A program made the translations under genes and the position numbers. The notes under the pieces were generated by a model. That model ran no database searches. It saw only the letters and a list, made by a program, of their open reading frames with translations, and was not told where the DNA came from. Positions 12,890-25,705 of a stretch of 64,000 nt of DNA are shown here, in pieces. Source of the DNA: Camelus dromedarius (lineage: Eukaryota); assembly GCF_036321535.1 (NCBI RefSeq), contig NC_087436.1:35838001-35902000 (forward strand), read 5' to 3'. The first letter of the stretch is position 1; each line of letters starts with the position of its first letter.

Positions 12890-15800
12890 CTCTATAGTAA
12901 CCACATTTCAAACCATCTTAAATCCTATGAATGCTTCATAATAATATCTATCTTCCCCTTTCCAGATGACTTAGGCCAGAAAGCAACTGGGCTAGAATGA
13001 GTACAGGAGCTACAAAGTAGAGCTGATCATAGTAAAGGTAAGTAGCTTTTGCTTTCTTAGACCTTCCTCTTGCACCCTAGAACAATTCAACATCTGCCTC
13101 TAGTATAATTAAATGCTTATTTGGGACTTTATTGACATGAAGAGGAACCAAAAGACCTACATCATACTTCATTTATTAACCCCCCCCCCCCACAAAACTA
13201 GGGTAATAAGACACTAAGACTGAAAATTTAAGCTTACTAGTTAAGGAATGCAAAAGCCAAGTTCCCAAGATAAGATTAGAATTTACAAGTGGCACGTTTT
13301 AACTATGTGTAATTTTAGATAACGCGTAAGTGAATTTTTAAGTTTGTACGTTTTAATGTTTGGTAATAACTTACATGCTGGGTATTTAGAAACTGAGAGG
13401 GTTCTCTCCTTACCTGAAAAATTATATGGCCTGTTGTCTTATAAAGAGTGAGATACACTTTGAACTGTATTTCTTGAATGTCCATTAAAAAGGAAAAAGA
13501 AAATCTCTGATTTTACTGATTTGAAAGCTAGTAGTGACATACAGCGCTTGCCTTTTAACAATAAAAAGTTATGTATGTGATACAACTTAAAAGAAATTAC
13601 AAATACTTGTAAAAGCCACATAGGCTAATCATTTTCATTATGGTTACTCTTATTCCAGGTCAAGGTGAAGAATAAAGATGATTCAGTTTATGAGGGCTTT
13701 AATCAAAACATTCATGCTTTTCTCTTCTGATCATTAAGTCCATTACTTAATGGCCTAAGAAACCTAAATATTCTTTCTTAACTACGGCTACCCAAACTCC
13801 TTTACAAGAATTCTAATACGAGAATAAGGTTTGTGTCAAGTTCAGTAATGAAACAAACTGCAAAGTCTCCTAAGGAAAGACAGAAAAATGTTTACTTATA
13901 AAGACTAAACTGAAAACTGTAAGAAAGGCCATGACAGATATGGAAAGGGTTGTGGAAAAGGAGGGTAGATGAAACTACTTGTTGATAATGAAGAAATGAT
14001 GTTAAAAACTTTTTTAATTTAAAAGCTGTAATAAGAGTCACTTGGTGGGACTGGCTGGGTATCAGAAATGCAGCAGTTGGAATTTTTAAAGAGCTAATGG
14101 TGAATTTTTAAAGCATAGATTATTCATCTAGTTTTAAAATCCAAAGATGTAAAATTGAGTGAATTTGAGTATATGTATTTAGTAAATCTCATGACTGTTT
14201 CCATACATTGTACCTCATCATTTTAAACTAGCCATCAAATTTCTAACCATCAAAAAATGTATCATTGGAAAGAGATCAGCAGATATTTCTAAGTGAACAG
14301 AAGTTTTTTTCATAGAGATGAGTCAACTGGACACAAGGAGATTACGATTCAATGGAAACTGTTTTGCAATCTTAGTCAATGCATTCTCTATTATGAATGA
14401 TAAAATATACACATAAAAGCCCCCTATAATGTTGTAAAGAGGAGAAAATGGGAGCAAGTGCCAAGAATTTCCTCTTAAGGGCTGTACTTTTTCATTTGGA
14501 GATCTAATCACAAAACTTCAGATTGGGCTACACTGTGGTGAAAAGCACCTTTGCTTTAGTATGCTGGCTGCTAACTGGAAATAAACCCATACCACTTGAT
14601 ACAGTGTGTTAAAGACATTTTTGTACATATTTTATAATTACACTGAAGAATGTGAGAGTCAGGAGAAATTCTGAGTTATTTTGCAGGCCTGTCCCCCTCT
14701 CCCCGACCAACTCTGTTCTCTTTGAAATAAACATACGTATACATATTCATATGTAAACAGCCACACCCACACCCCCACACACAGACTCATCTGCAGATGC
14801 ATTTTAAATTCACAAGATGTGGCATGAGTTTAAGTGCTATATTAAATTGTGACGTGTATTTTACTATCAGTAGTTTGAAGCCCAGCATTTGTAAATCTTT
14901 TAAAATTAACTAGGCTGTTAAGATCCACTCACTCTGGCAGCAACCCAGCATAGCTGTGCCTTTAACGAAAGAATTCTGTAATAAAACGAGATTTTACATG
15001 CTGAAACAAAATATTTTAAAACATCTTTCTGCAGATTGCTCATTTGAGTAACATTTGTGGAATTTAAAACCCACACACACATATACAAATGTTCCCATGG
15101 AAGATTATGCTAAGTTCTGAGTTAACCTCAGCATTATTAACTTTCTATATCAATCTTTTAATGAACACTTTTGATATATTTTCTTTAGGAAGAAACCTAA
15201 GTCCTGAAAAGACTTTAAGTCATGAATTCTTTAATTGTTGCAACAAACACGGCCAGGCTAACTTTAATCAGAGGGGACTCATGAGTAGTTTTCACACTAC
15301 ATATGTGAACGCCTCTTAGCCAGGTGGATTAAATCCTGCCCGGCTTCTCTTATGTCTCCAAATACGAGCAATCATCTGTGACATCTGCTGTATAGTCGGC
15401 CGAGTACTAGGAACAGAAACTCAATTTGAATCATAAGGGGAATTTATGATATTATTGGGTCCAGTAGAGTCTAAGGGCAGTAGAACCTGCACAGTTTTCT
15501 ATGTTTTATATCTTACAGCTTCAGCCACCAGAAAGACCTCATTTTCTCAGCTCTAGGAAACAACACTCTCATGGAAAGTCTGAGTGGCCTGGCCCAGTCA
15601 TTGGGGCTAGGGAAAGGGTACTATGATGGAGTCAGACTGAGGGAGGTCATTTCCTCTGCACCATATCAACTGTGTGTGTGTTGTCACCCTGTGATAACAT
15701 GACAGTTCTATAGTTTTTTGGGGGAGAAGATGAAGATCCTTGGGAGGGCTGGCAGCACAGGTGACTGGAGGCAGGTCTATGCTGGCTGGTTGACGGAATA

Positions 15801-17379
15801 AGAGAGGACGCAAGAAGTGTCCTCCAACCTTCTCTACGTATATGTAAACCTGTGGTGCTTTTACATTGCTTGAACACATTACCTTAAAATGTTCTGTTGA
15901 AAGGGGCCACTTTCGACCTTGTGCCCAGCAGTACAACAGCCCCCCTGCTCCCTGCCAGCTATACTTCCAAAAAACAGTGCTCAGCACACCACAGTGGTTT
16001 CTAGTTGCCATTTTCTTAGACCACGTTGCTCATTAGGGGTCCAGATAACATTCTGGGCTGTACAACTGATTTTCAGGTCACAGGTTATCATCTGAAATAT
16101 GATAAAGTTGAAGAACCTCAAGGGCCAACTTCTTTGGCAATGATTATAGGATCTCTAGAAAAAATAAAAGCTATCCTTTTTGAATGATGACTCCAGCACA
16201 GGTCATGGTCAAAGATAGATGTTATCTTTGTGTTAAACTCATTCTCTTTCTTAGCAACTGGAGAAGTCTCAACGAAAATCAGAAAAGAAAGCAAACAAAT
16301 TCAATTTCTTCTGTCGGGGGAGGGGTCATATAGCTAACAGATTACTAGGCTGGAGTCTGGAGCTGTTCAGTTTCAAAGTTTATGTAAATTTAATTTGGAG
16401 ACAGTCCCTAAATTCAATTGAAATTGTACATGTAACTGGAAGTGCGTGTTGACAAGTTTCTAGTCTTCACCTATTACTTCTCAAAGAATGAGTCTACTCT
16501 TCTGTCTTCAAACATCCATCCCATGCAAATGCCTCTGAAATACTCATTTTCAGCTCAGGCATCTCTCCAGACACCTACAACCCAAAGTGTCCAACATCAG
16601 ATCTGTCATCTTGATCTGAAAACTGCCTGCCTCACTAACTCATTTTCAGGGATACTCCATTCTTCTAGTCATCCAGGCTTGAATCCACTGATAATATATC
16701 CCTTTTCTTTGCCCCATACCACTTAATCTGAGCACCTCTTCTGGATTAGCTATCAATTTATCTGGAGTCATGTGAAAACTTATAAATGACAACCCCACCA
16801 AGAAGGGGCTAACTAATGGGTAAAGGTCAGGTTGGAGGGAACTCTTTAGTAGCTGTGCTTTGTCCTTGGCTGCACCCTACAGATAAACACAGTAGTTAAA
16901 AACTTTGGTGGCATGCTGGTCAAGTGTGACTATTTGTTAGAACCTTGAATATTTGGGGGGAAAAAAAAGCCTAGGAAAAAAAGACCCCAAAGGCCAGCAC
17001 ACAGGAATCCCAAGTAATAAATAAAACTGATTAAATAAGCCTGGCTCCTATAAGGAGAGAGAGTGATCAGATGTGAGAGGGGCTTAAACACCCAGCAGGA
17101 ACACTAAAGGGATAGGTGTGATAGCCAGAATGAGTGAGGTCAACAGTGAGAAATCGTCAACCCTTGAGTACTTGAGAAGGACTGGAACTGTCAATCTTGA
17201 GAGGCTCTAGAAGGCAGAATAGCACCAATGCTAGACAGGTTTTTGCTTAATAAAAGAAATACATGAATAATTTATAAGCTAGCCAAATATGGAGATAATT
17301 CTAGAGATAGTGAGTAAATGACCATATGACTGGGATAGCATTGATGTTACTCAAACTCTGGACAGATAGTTGTTTATTG

Positions 17380-18266
17380 GGCAGAAAAGAACTTTCACGA
17401 TGCTACCACCATCAGGTCTACCCTATTTCCTTTATTCATACTTGTGTACTTAACTTTCCTTCCTGTTTCAAGGGATGGACTATCTGGGTTCCTAAAATAA
17501 GCCCTCCTATTTATGCACTGGATTCCATTCTCTTTTTCCTAAGTCCTAATCCTGTTATGATTGTTTCCCTACATATAATCAACTTTTCCAACTAGCATAA
17601 AAATACGTTTCATTTTAAAAGCTTAACCCCTCCCTTGTCTCCATATCTGCTTCAATCCACCACCAGTGAGACTCCTTTGAACAGTCATCTTTGTTTGCTA
17701 TTCTTGACTTCCGCTCCTCCCATTCTCACTTAAATCCATTCAAATGAGACTTCTGATCTTCCACTGAATTGCTCTGTAAGGATCATAACCCAATGGTCAG
17801 TTCTCAGCTCTCAGTTTACTTAGTCTAACATCCCTCCTGCTTTCTTTAGCTGGACACTGGAACAACCCACACTCTCTCCACTCCAGCTACACTGGCTTCC
17901 TGACTGTCCCTAAAGGTAAGAAGTCTTGTTCAGAGCACTTGCTCTCATTCCCCTTCTGGAATGCTCTTCTCTTGGTTCACTCACCTCAGGTCTTTACTCA
18001 GACGTCACCCTTTTAGAGAGATTCTCCCTGGCCACCTTCATTTAACCCTGCTGCCTCCTTCCTATTTTTTTCCCTCCCTGACTTATTTTGCTCCCCTGTT
18101 ATTGCTGTCTAATAACATTACATTTGAACTTATTTTGTTGATGTTCTGTTTCCCCTCACAAAATGAAACCCACAAAGAGTACAGACTTTTGTTTATTTTG
18201 TTCGTAGTGCCTAAAAATGTACTGGGCACACAGCAGGTGCTCAATAAATACATGTTGAATGAATGA
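17380..18266 (+). mobile_element. L2 LINE 3' fragment
   Basis: Pyrimidine-rich body ending in the L2 terminus ggcacacagcaggtgctcaataaatacatgttgaatgaatga. Confidence 0.7.
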
Positions 18267-19131
18267 GGACAAGTCTGACATTTGGCCTAATGTTAACTAA
18301 AGTTAGGATTTCTGTTCCAACAATTTGGCTTTTGACCAAGTGTAGAATTTATACCTTAGAGCAGGTGCTGCATTTAACTTTACATCACATATACTGCTTA
18401 GGCAGATTGTTAAGACATCAAAAACTACAAACAACTATCCCACAAACTTTAGAACCAATGAACCTGTATGCTTGTGTTCTAATCTAGATTCAGCAGAGCA
18501 AGCTATGAGGACTACTGGTTTGAAGTATGCTCCTGGCCAGCATTCCACAAAATAGGGCTGCACTAAATACCTAGTAACCAAATAAAAACAGTAGAGATTA
18601 AGTAGAGATCAGAGCTAAATGGAATGTTACATAAAGCTCTCAGCTGTGATACTATTTTATATTCCTGAGTGGTTGCAAGTAATTCCCCAAAGTATTTGCA
18701 GTGTAAATTTGGCCTGTCCCTTGGCCACCTCCTCCCTTTGCTGACCTGGTCCCTGAGCACATCTCCCCTGGGCTCACTGCAGAGGTGTCTTTAAGTCAGG
18801 TGAAGCACAGCTGGTTCAAAGCTCTGAGAACACCACCCAATACAGAGCTCTGCAAAATCCAGCTCCAAAAAGGCTTTCTGACTGACAAAAGGGATTCGTG
18901 ACTTTGGGGTGCTGGTACTTCTTACAAGTACTCCATGTGAATTTATGCTGTTTTCCCAAAGGCCCCTCAATGCCTGCCTGGTCTGTCAGTCAAATCCACT
19001 AGCTTCAGACCCCTCTGTTACAGAAGTGCAGATCAACAACAGTGCAACAACTCTTTTCCTATTTTTTTTCCTTCAAAAATCACCAGCAGATCCAGATCTA
19101 CACTCCTGGTCCTCTGGAAAACAAACAAGGC

Positions 19132-19190
19132 AGTTATAGATTACTGTAACTAGTTATAGATTACTGTAACTAGTTGTAGATTACTGTACT
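19132..19190. repeat. 20-bp tandem repeat AGTTATAGATTACTGTAACT, ~3 copies
   Basis: Two identical units (19132-19151, 19152-19171) and a third with one substitution and one deletion. Confidence 0.92.
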
Positions 19191-20279
19191 GTAAATAGAT
19201 TAATGTGTGATTTGTGAAGGGACACTTCTGAGAAGCAGAAAATCTGCTTTCCAGAAATATGTTCAGAGATGGAAAGTAAGGGTTTTATAAGAAAAAACAT
19301 TATGTAAAGAAGAAAAATTGCTAGTTATTTAAGCCGAAAAACAAACAAACAAAAAAAACCAAAAACCCACCAAACCCTGCAGTTGGCTTTGATTTTATAA
19401 ATCAGAAAGTATAAAATCAAAAGATACATTTTCATGTAAGAATTATATATATATAATTATATATATATATATACCTTATTTGAAATATTTTACTACTGAT
19501 GGCAATTATGTATCAAATACAAATTTTTTTTTCAAAAATAAGAATTACTTCAAACTGTTTAACTCTAAATATATAGGTTCTTAAGTTTCTGAGGAATTAA
19601 ACCGCAATAATTTTAATAGCTAGTTTCAAGATACGGTGTGACAAAACATAACAAGAGCCAATGACTTTTCAGTATGCTAATTAGTATCTGTCTGGAGTAT
19701 GAAGACACAGACACAAACGTACCAGCTCTGAACTCTAAGAACGCTGTAAAGCCAGTATTTCTTTAGGGGAGGAGAAGGGTTATTTTGTTCAATTCAACTC
19801 ATTTAGGAAAACGTACACACAAGTCATTGTTCAATGCTCTGGAAGAGGAGGGGAATATAAAGACAATTTCTAGGAGCCTAAAATTGAGAAGGGGGAATAA
19901 GACAACTATACAAATGCTTTTTAGAAAGTGGAGCGAAGTAAGTGACACACGAGAAACATAAAATATTGGGGAGAGAATAACACTGATGATGATGACAGTT
20001 GTCACTACTACCCCCCCGCCCCAGCACCACCACCGACTAATTCCCCAGTGTTCTAGACCTTCACATGTCTGATCTATCCAACAGTCCAGTGAGGTAGGCA
20101 GCATTCTGAAAAACTGACATTTTCAGCATTTGGGTAAATGTGCTCAATGCCAGACAATCCAGTAAGTGGTGGGTCCGGATTTAAATCCGTATCTGCATGA
20201 CTCCAGTCCCTTTGCTCTATACACTGTGCCAGGCTGTCCCCCACTGTAGCTCAGATGAGGAAGAGAAAACATCCACTGG

Positions 20280-20920
20280 GAGCTCAGTAGCATCAAAGAG
20301 TAGATCCTTGAGGAATGAGTTTGAAAGGAATGTGAGAACGCAGGGATGGCGGATGGGCAGGGAGGCTCTCCATGTGGAGGAGCGCTCCCGAGCAAGGCAC
20401 ACGGCGGGCCGCTGTAATCAGAGACTTAGAAGTGGTCTCCCAGGACTGGATGCTTTTCAAACTGCTCCTTACAGCCTCCAGATTCTCCTCAAATGTCTCA
20501 GGAACTGAGGAAGGATGAGAAGGAAAAGGCTAAGAGTATAGGGAAAGAAGGGATCCAAGGAGCAGAACTTGGGGAGCACTTCAGCTTAGCGTGATACTAG
20601 CAGAGTTTGTAAAAGATGGGAAGAAGGAGAGGAAGACAACGGTCCAAGTGAAAGCTGGGAGAGGGTTTCAGGAAGGGGGTAGGAATTCCAGCAGGAGGGG
20701 CAGAAAGGCCGGGGAAGCGGAGGATGCACTGAAGATGAGGAAGCAGTGTTGCTACCAGCTCGGCTGTGCGGGGGGAGCAAGAGGCCAGGCTGCCCGGGTT
20801 TGAGAGGTGAAGGAGGAGGGAGGAAGTGGAGGCGGTAGGTGCGCCAGACTTTTAAGAACTGTGGTGGTAAAAAGGAGACAGGTTGTAACCTAAGAGTAAC
20901 AGTGATCTAAGGGAGGTTTA
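20280..20920 (-). mobile_element. L2 LINE fragment
   Basis: Purine-rich degenerate sequence resembling antisense L2 (gaggaagtggaggcgg...aagggaggttt). Confidence 0.5.
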
Positions 20921-23312
20921 GAAAGGCATACACTATCCAAAAGTGGATGTAAAGCAAGAAATGGTATTTCCAGAGTTAATTTTTAATTTCCTGAGTTCAC
21001 TGCTGTAAGAATTTCAGACCAGTTTGGCATTCATATCCTGGCACGCTTGTGAAGTTAATTGTGGAGATAAATGCAGTAGCAGCTCAGACAGAAACCAAAA
21101 ATCCTCTGTAAAATTACTGGAATGGTTATCTTAAGTTCTCAAACTCCCAACTCCCTGACAATTTCAACTCTAACATAATGGTTAGAGGTCTTTCCTCCAG
21201 TGGGTAAAGACAGGTGCCCCCAAATGTAGCAAAAACAAGTTTGTTGAACGAACACTAGCACACAGAAAGCCTATCAACAATATAGTAATGATCATTCAAA
21301 AATTTCAGATCTCCATTGTCAAATAAGTTTCCTTTGTATTCACGCTTTATTTGCTTTACCTTAAGTCACCCCCCAATCATGCTGACATCTACTACTGATG
21401 ATTATATTAGACCTAAAAGTGTTCTTAAACAAATGAAGAATACTGACTTCCATTCCTGAAAGTCCTGCTTCCAATTTTCAGGAGGAAATTAAATAATGTA
21501 TAAATCAAATACTGGGCCTAGGCCCAGACAGCTGAACATCGTTTTGTCCTTTCAAGGCAAAGAGGAAGTGTCTGCTATGGCAGGGACACGCCAAGAGAAA
21601 TAAAGCTTAACCTCAGCCCCATGTGAAAGTGATTTTAGATAATCGGGGGTGTCTACAAATAGGTTAAAAATGGGACCACATACTAACAGGGAACTTTCCA
21701 TGGAAGTTAAAAAATGTATCAAGATCTATCCCCACCTTAAAATCAAAGTATGTTTGGAAAATGGTATGGCCTGAGAAATTCTATATCAAGGCAGTAGAGG
21801 AAAGGGAAAGCAGACAGGGAGGAGAGAGTTGACAAGCCAAAGGGAAATTAAAACGTGTTTCCGCTTACCATTTACTGTAGGCTCACAGCTTGATTTCTTT
21901 GTAATTGCTGTTGCCAAAATTAAAATGATATATGTGAAGAGGAAGAGAAGGGGGTGTGGGGGGAGGGAGGAAGAGAGCCAGAGAGAGAATATGAATCTAA
22001 GTGTGTAGGTAGAGTGGCAGATGGTGGAAAAATTACTTAGATCGAGGGCCAGCAAATTTATCCTGTCAAGGGCCGTAGAGCAAATATTTCAGGCTTTGTG
22101 GGGAACACAGTCCCTCCAGTAGCTACTCAAATACCCTTGTCGTGTGGAAGCAGCCACGGGCAGCGTGTAAATGAATGAGCTGCGGCTGCGAGCCAACGCA
22201 GCTTTACAGACACTGAAATGAGAACGTCATGTATTTTTCCCTTCTTTTGATTATTCTTCAATCACTTAAAAATACACAGAACTATTCTTAGCTTACAAAA
22301 ACAGACTGTGGGACATAGCTGACCTGCAGACCATCGTCTGCTGACCCCCTGATTTAGATAGAACATTCTTATGAAACTGGGCTTGACTCAAATTGGGGAT
22401 TCTGAGTAATAAAACTGCCATTCTTTTTGTCAGCAGCTGAACAACAAGATGGTAGTAATGGTTGAAAGCATTTATTTGGAAGATACAGTAGATTCTCTCT
22501 AACCCTATGAAAAAAACAAGCATCTCTACTTTTTTTCTGGCAGGATACTGATACAGCTATGAAATCAAAGTTTATATAATAAGAAATTTTGAAGCCAAAT
22601 GCTCTAAAACCATTAATATTCACCATCATTTAGGAATCAAGAATGATATAAAATATTATTCCCTTTATCAGAGTTTAATATTTTACAAACATCCTTTGCA
22701 GCATAATGCTAGTCTGGAATTACACATAAATTTCCATCATCACCTCTATGGAAACCAGAGAGCTGGTGACTAGAAGGATTTGCTGGTGGAACATATGCTA
22801 TACAGATCACATGGTGATAAAAACTTTATGGAGCATCTGATCTAGACTTCCAGAAACAAAGGAAATATAAAAGTGCAGAGCATCTACGTTCATAGTCTTT
22901 GTGAAGCAAAATAATTTTTATACATCAAATGTTCCGTTGGAGAACAAACAGTGATGTTCCCTTTCTGCGTTAAAAGGGAAAATCTTGTAAAACATCCTGG
23001 TAGATGTCTCAATACCTTGATATAGAAAACAGCATTCTTCTCTCTTTCCCTCTCTCTTTCCTTTTTTTGGGGATATTCCCAGTTCTTCTCCTTAGTAATC
23101 TGAACAAATGAGGGAACTGCCCCTCAGTCACGCCAACCCTTCATAAGCTGGTCCCGGTGCCCTGGACCTCTGGCCACAGGAGTAGCTGCAGGACCCAGCT
23201 GGTCAAGACAGGTTGTATCCTAAGGGTAACAACGATTCAAGGAAGGTTTAAAAAGGAATATACTATCCAAAAATGGCTGTAAAACATGATTATTTCCAGA
23301 GGTGTATTTTTA
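20876..23312 (+). repeat. Dispersed ~110-bp direct repeat (20876-20985 and 23206-23312)
   Basis: 68 of the first 81 positions are identical without gaps in a manual alignment, and both copies share tatttccagag further on. Confidence 0.85.
22043..22351 (+). mobile_element. MER58B-like hAT-Charlie DNA transposon with 8-bp TSD
   Basis: Ends cgagggccagcaaa ... tgctgaccccctg. TSD acttagat (22035-22042) / atttagat (22352-22359). Confidence 0.8.
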
Positions 23313-23707
23313 TAGACCAATCACTCATGGCATACAGTGTCCCAATCAGTGTGTAGTGTATACTCATGTTTCTCTTAGAGAATTTGGGACGTACTTTTTA
23401 TTTGATGGCAAGTGCTGGTAAGGAATGCAATTCTCTGTTATAATATTGTTTGTATAAGGAAATAGAATTCTTTCAACAATGATCTGTTTTGTGGAGGTCT
23501 GCTTTATGGCACTGTTTCTAGGAATTCATTGTGGGGAAATATGCTGCCTTAACCATCCACATGGAAACGATTGAGGGTGGAGGAGAGGGAGGGTCGTGGA
23601 CAGAGAAAAGGCCGAGTGTGTAAAACAGGCAGTGAGCAGCCTTCCCATTTCCTCTCTCCTTCTTCCTCTCCTCCCATCCTGTATTATCATTATTAGTAGT
23701 AGTACTC

Positions 23708-24280
23708 TTTATTATTTAGAGCAGTTTTAGGTTCATGGTAAAACTGAGCAGAAAGTACAGACACCTCCTGCCCCTGTGTGCACACGGCCTCCCCCACCAT
23801 CAGCATGTCCCACCAGAGTGGTACGCTGGTTATAATCGATGAACCTGCACTGACACCGTTATCACCCAAAGTCCAGAGGTTGTATCAGGGTTTACTCTCG
23901 GTGTTGTACACTCTACAGAATTGTTCAAATATACTGATGATGTGTATCCACCAAGATAGCAACACACAGAATACTTTCATACTCTGAAATCCTCTGTGCC
24001 CTACCTATTCACACCTCCTTCCCTCCTAACCCCTGGCAACCACTGACCTTTTTACCGTCCCCCTAGTTTTGCCTCCTCCAGAATGTCATGTAGTTGGAAT
24101 TATGTGGTATATAGTGCTTTCAGATTGGCGTCTTAGTGCTATGCATTTATGGTTCCTTCATGTCTTTTTCTGGCTTGATAGTTCATTTCTTTTTAGTGCT
24201 AAATAATATTCCATTGCGTAGATGTTCCACAGTTTATTTTTCCACTCACCTACTGAAGGACATCTTGGTTGCTTCCATGC
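23708..24280 (-). mobile_element. L1MC-like 3' fragment
   Basis: tttagagcagttttaggttca...ccctggcaaccactgacct...catcttggttgcttcca. Confidence 0.8.
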
Positions 24281-25618
24281 TTTTTATAGTCACTCTTTTA
24301 TTTTAAATTTCTTTCTTCTGCTTTAAAGTCAAAGTATGCCAAAAAGCAGGCAGGATCTTAATTAGCAACCTATACAATCCTCCAAACAGGTATGAAAAAA
24401 ACTGAAGCCCAGAGGTTAAGTGACTGATCCATGGTGTTGTTTACTTCCTGTGCGTTTATTTGTCTGAGCCTGGCCTCTAACATCTAACAACACTTAAAGG
24501 TACTGCTCTCCTCCCTGGCAGCGCGTAGGTCTAAATATTCGTTAGACTTTGGCTTAGATGTTGTATCCAGTTTTAACACCCTAGAAGTCACATTTGGGTT
24601 TTATTTGCTGCATCCAGTAATATAAAAAATATGACTCATACATCCTTTAAAAATCTGGCCAGCCATTTGCTTGCTACTATTAGAGACAAAATAATTAGGT
24701 AATAATTTAATCTTCACAGTCACCCTTGAAAGTAAGTACTATTACTATGACTACTACACGTACGAGAAAACTACCCAGGGTGGGTCACAGAGATAGTAAA
24801 TGTCAGACATCGGATTCTAACCCAGGGGTGCCTAATTCCGGAGACTGAGTTCTTCATCTCTCTGTCATACTACTAATTTGTATATATTTTTATGTACATT
24901 TCTTCCAGTTGAAGATTTAAAAGAAACTGTCTTTTTGACCAGAGATAATGTGAACTCACACTAAGGGAATAATTAATAAATTTCAGTTTTTTGTTTTTTT
25001 TTTAAATCACGGTCCTAAATCCTGAGGTCCATTTCAGTGTCCACAAGATGCAAAGTACCATTTATATAAGAAACATATAAGTTGAGATATAAAATTTCCC
25101 CTTAAAACTACAGCATATAACTTACCCTAATGTTGAAACAACTAATTTCTGTAATGTACATACTCATAAAAAAGCATCAGTATTGTACCTATGTATTTCT
25201 CATATGCTTTATATTTTTATAGTTTCATAAACAAAAATTAAACGATTAGCCAATTAAGTCAGTGAGCTAAGAATATAAGTGGATTGCCACAGGACTTTCT
25301 TATCCCTCCAAGTCATTTTCCTGGCCCCAAAGAGAGACTACAATAATGAACAAAACAGCTGTAGGGAAGACAGCTTAAAAGAATAAACCAAACAGACAGA
25401 AGAGGCTACCAGAGCTTTATGCAAACACTGCTTGCAAACTCATCTGCACTACCTCCAGGGGTCTCATCACTTGTGTAGGACCCAAAGTCATTTACCGGAA
25501 AAATGAATGTGTAAACTCAAAGGTAGAAAAGGGACACTTTGCAGAGTGTGGCTGTTTGTGGTTATTTACATTTAACTGGAACACACATGAGGTGAGAATG
25601 GTAGAAACTGGAGAAGGT

Positions 25619-25705
25619 AAAAAAAAGAAAAAGAAAAAGAAAAAGAAAAAGAAAAAGAAAAAGAAAAAGAAAAAGAAAAAGAAAAAGAAAAAGAAAAAGA
25701 AAAAA
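25619..25705. repeat. (GAAAAA)13 perfect hexanucleotide microsatellite
   Basis: Read directly: a G every 6 nt from 25627 to 25699. Confidence 0.97.

Noticed and set aside
19132..19190. Palindromic direct repeats as a CRISPR-like array
   Set aside because: There are no spacers and the context is mammalian. It is a simple tandem repeat.
23708..23713. Sense-strand AATAAA from an L1MC fragment as an intronic poly(A) site
   Set aside because: The hexamer is common in AT-rich introns and nothing in the sequence shows that it is used.
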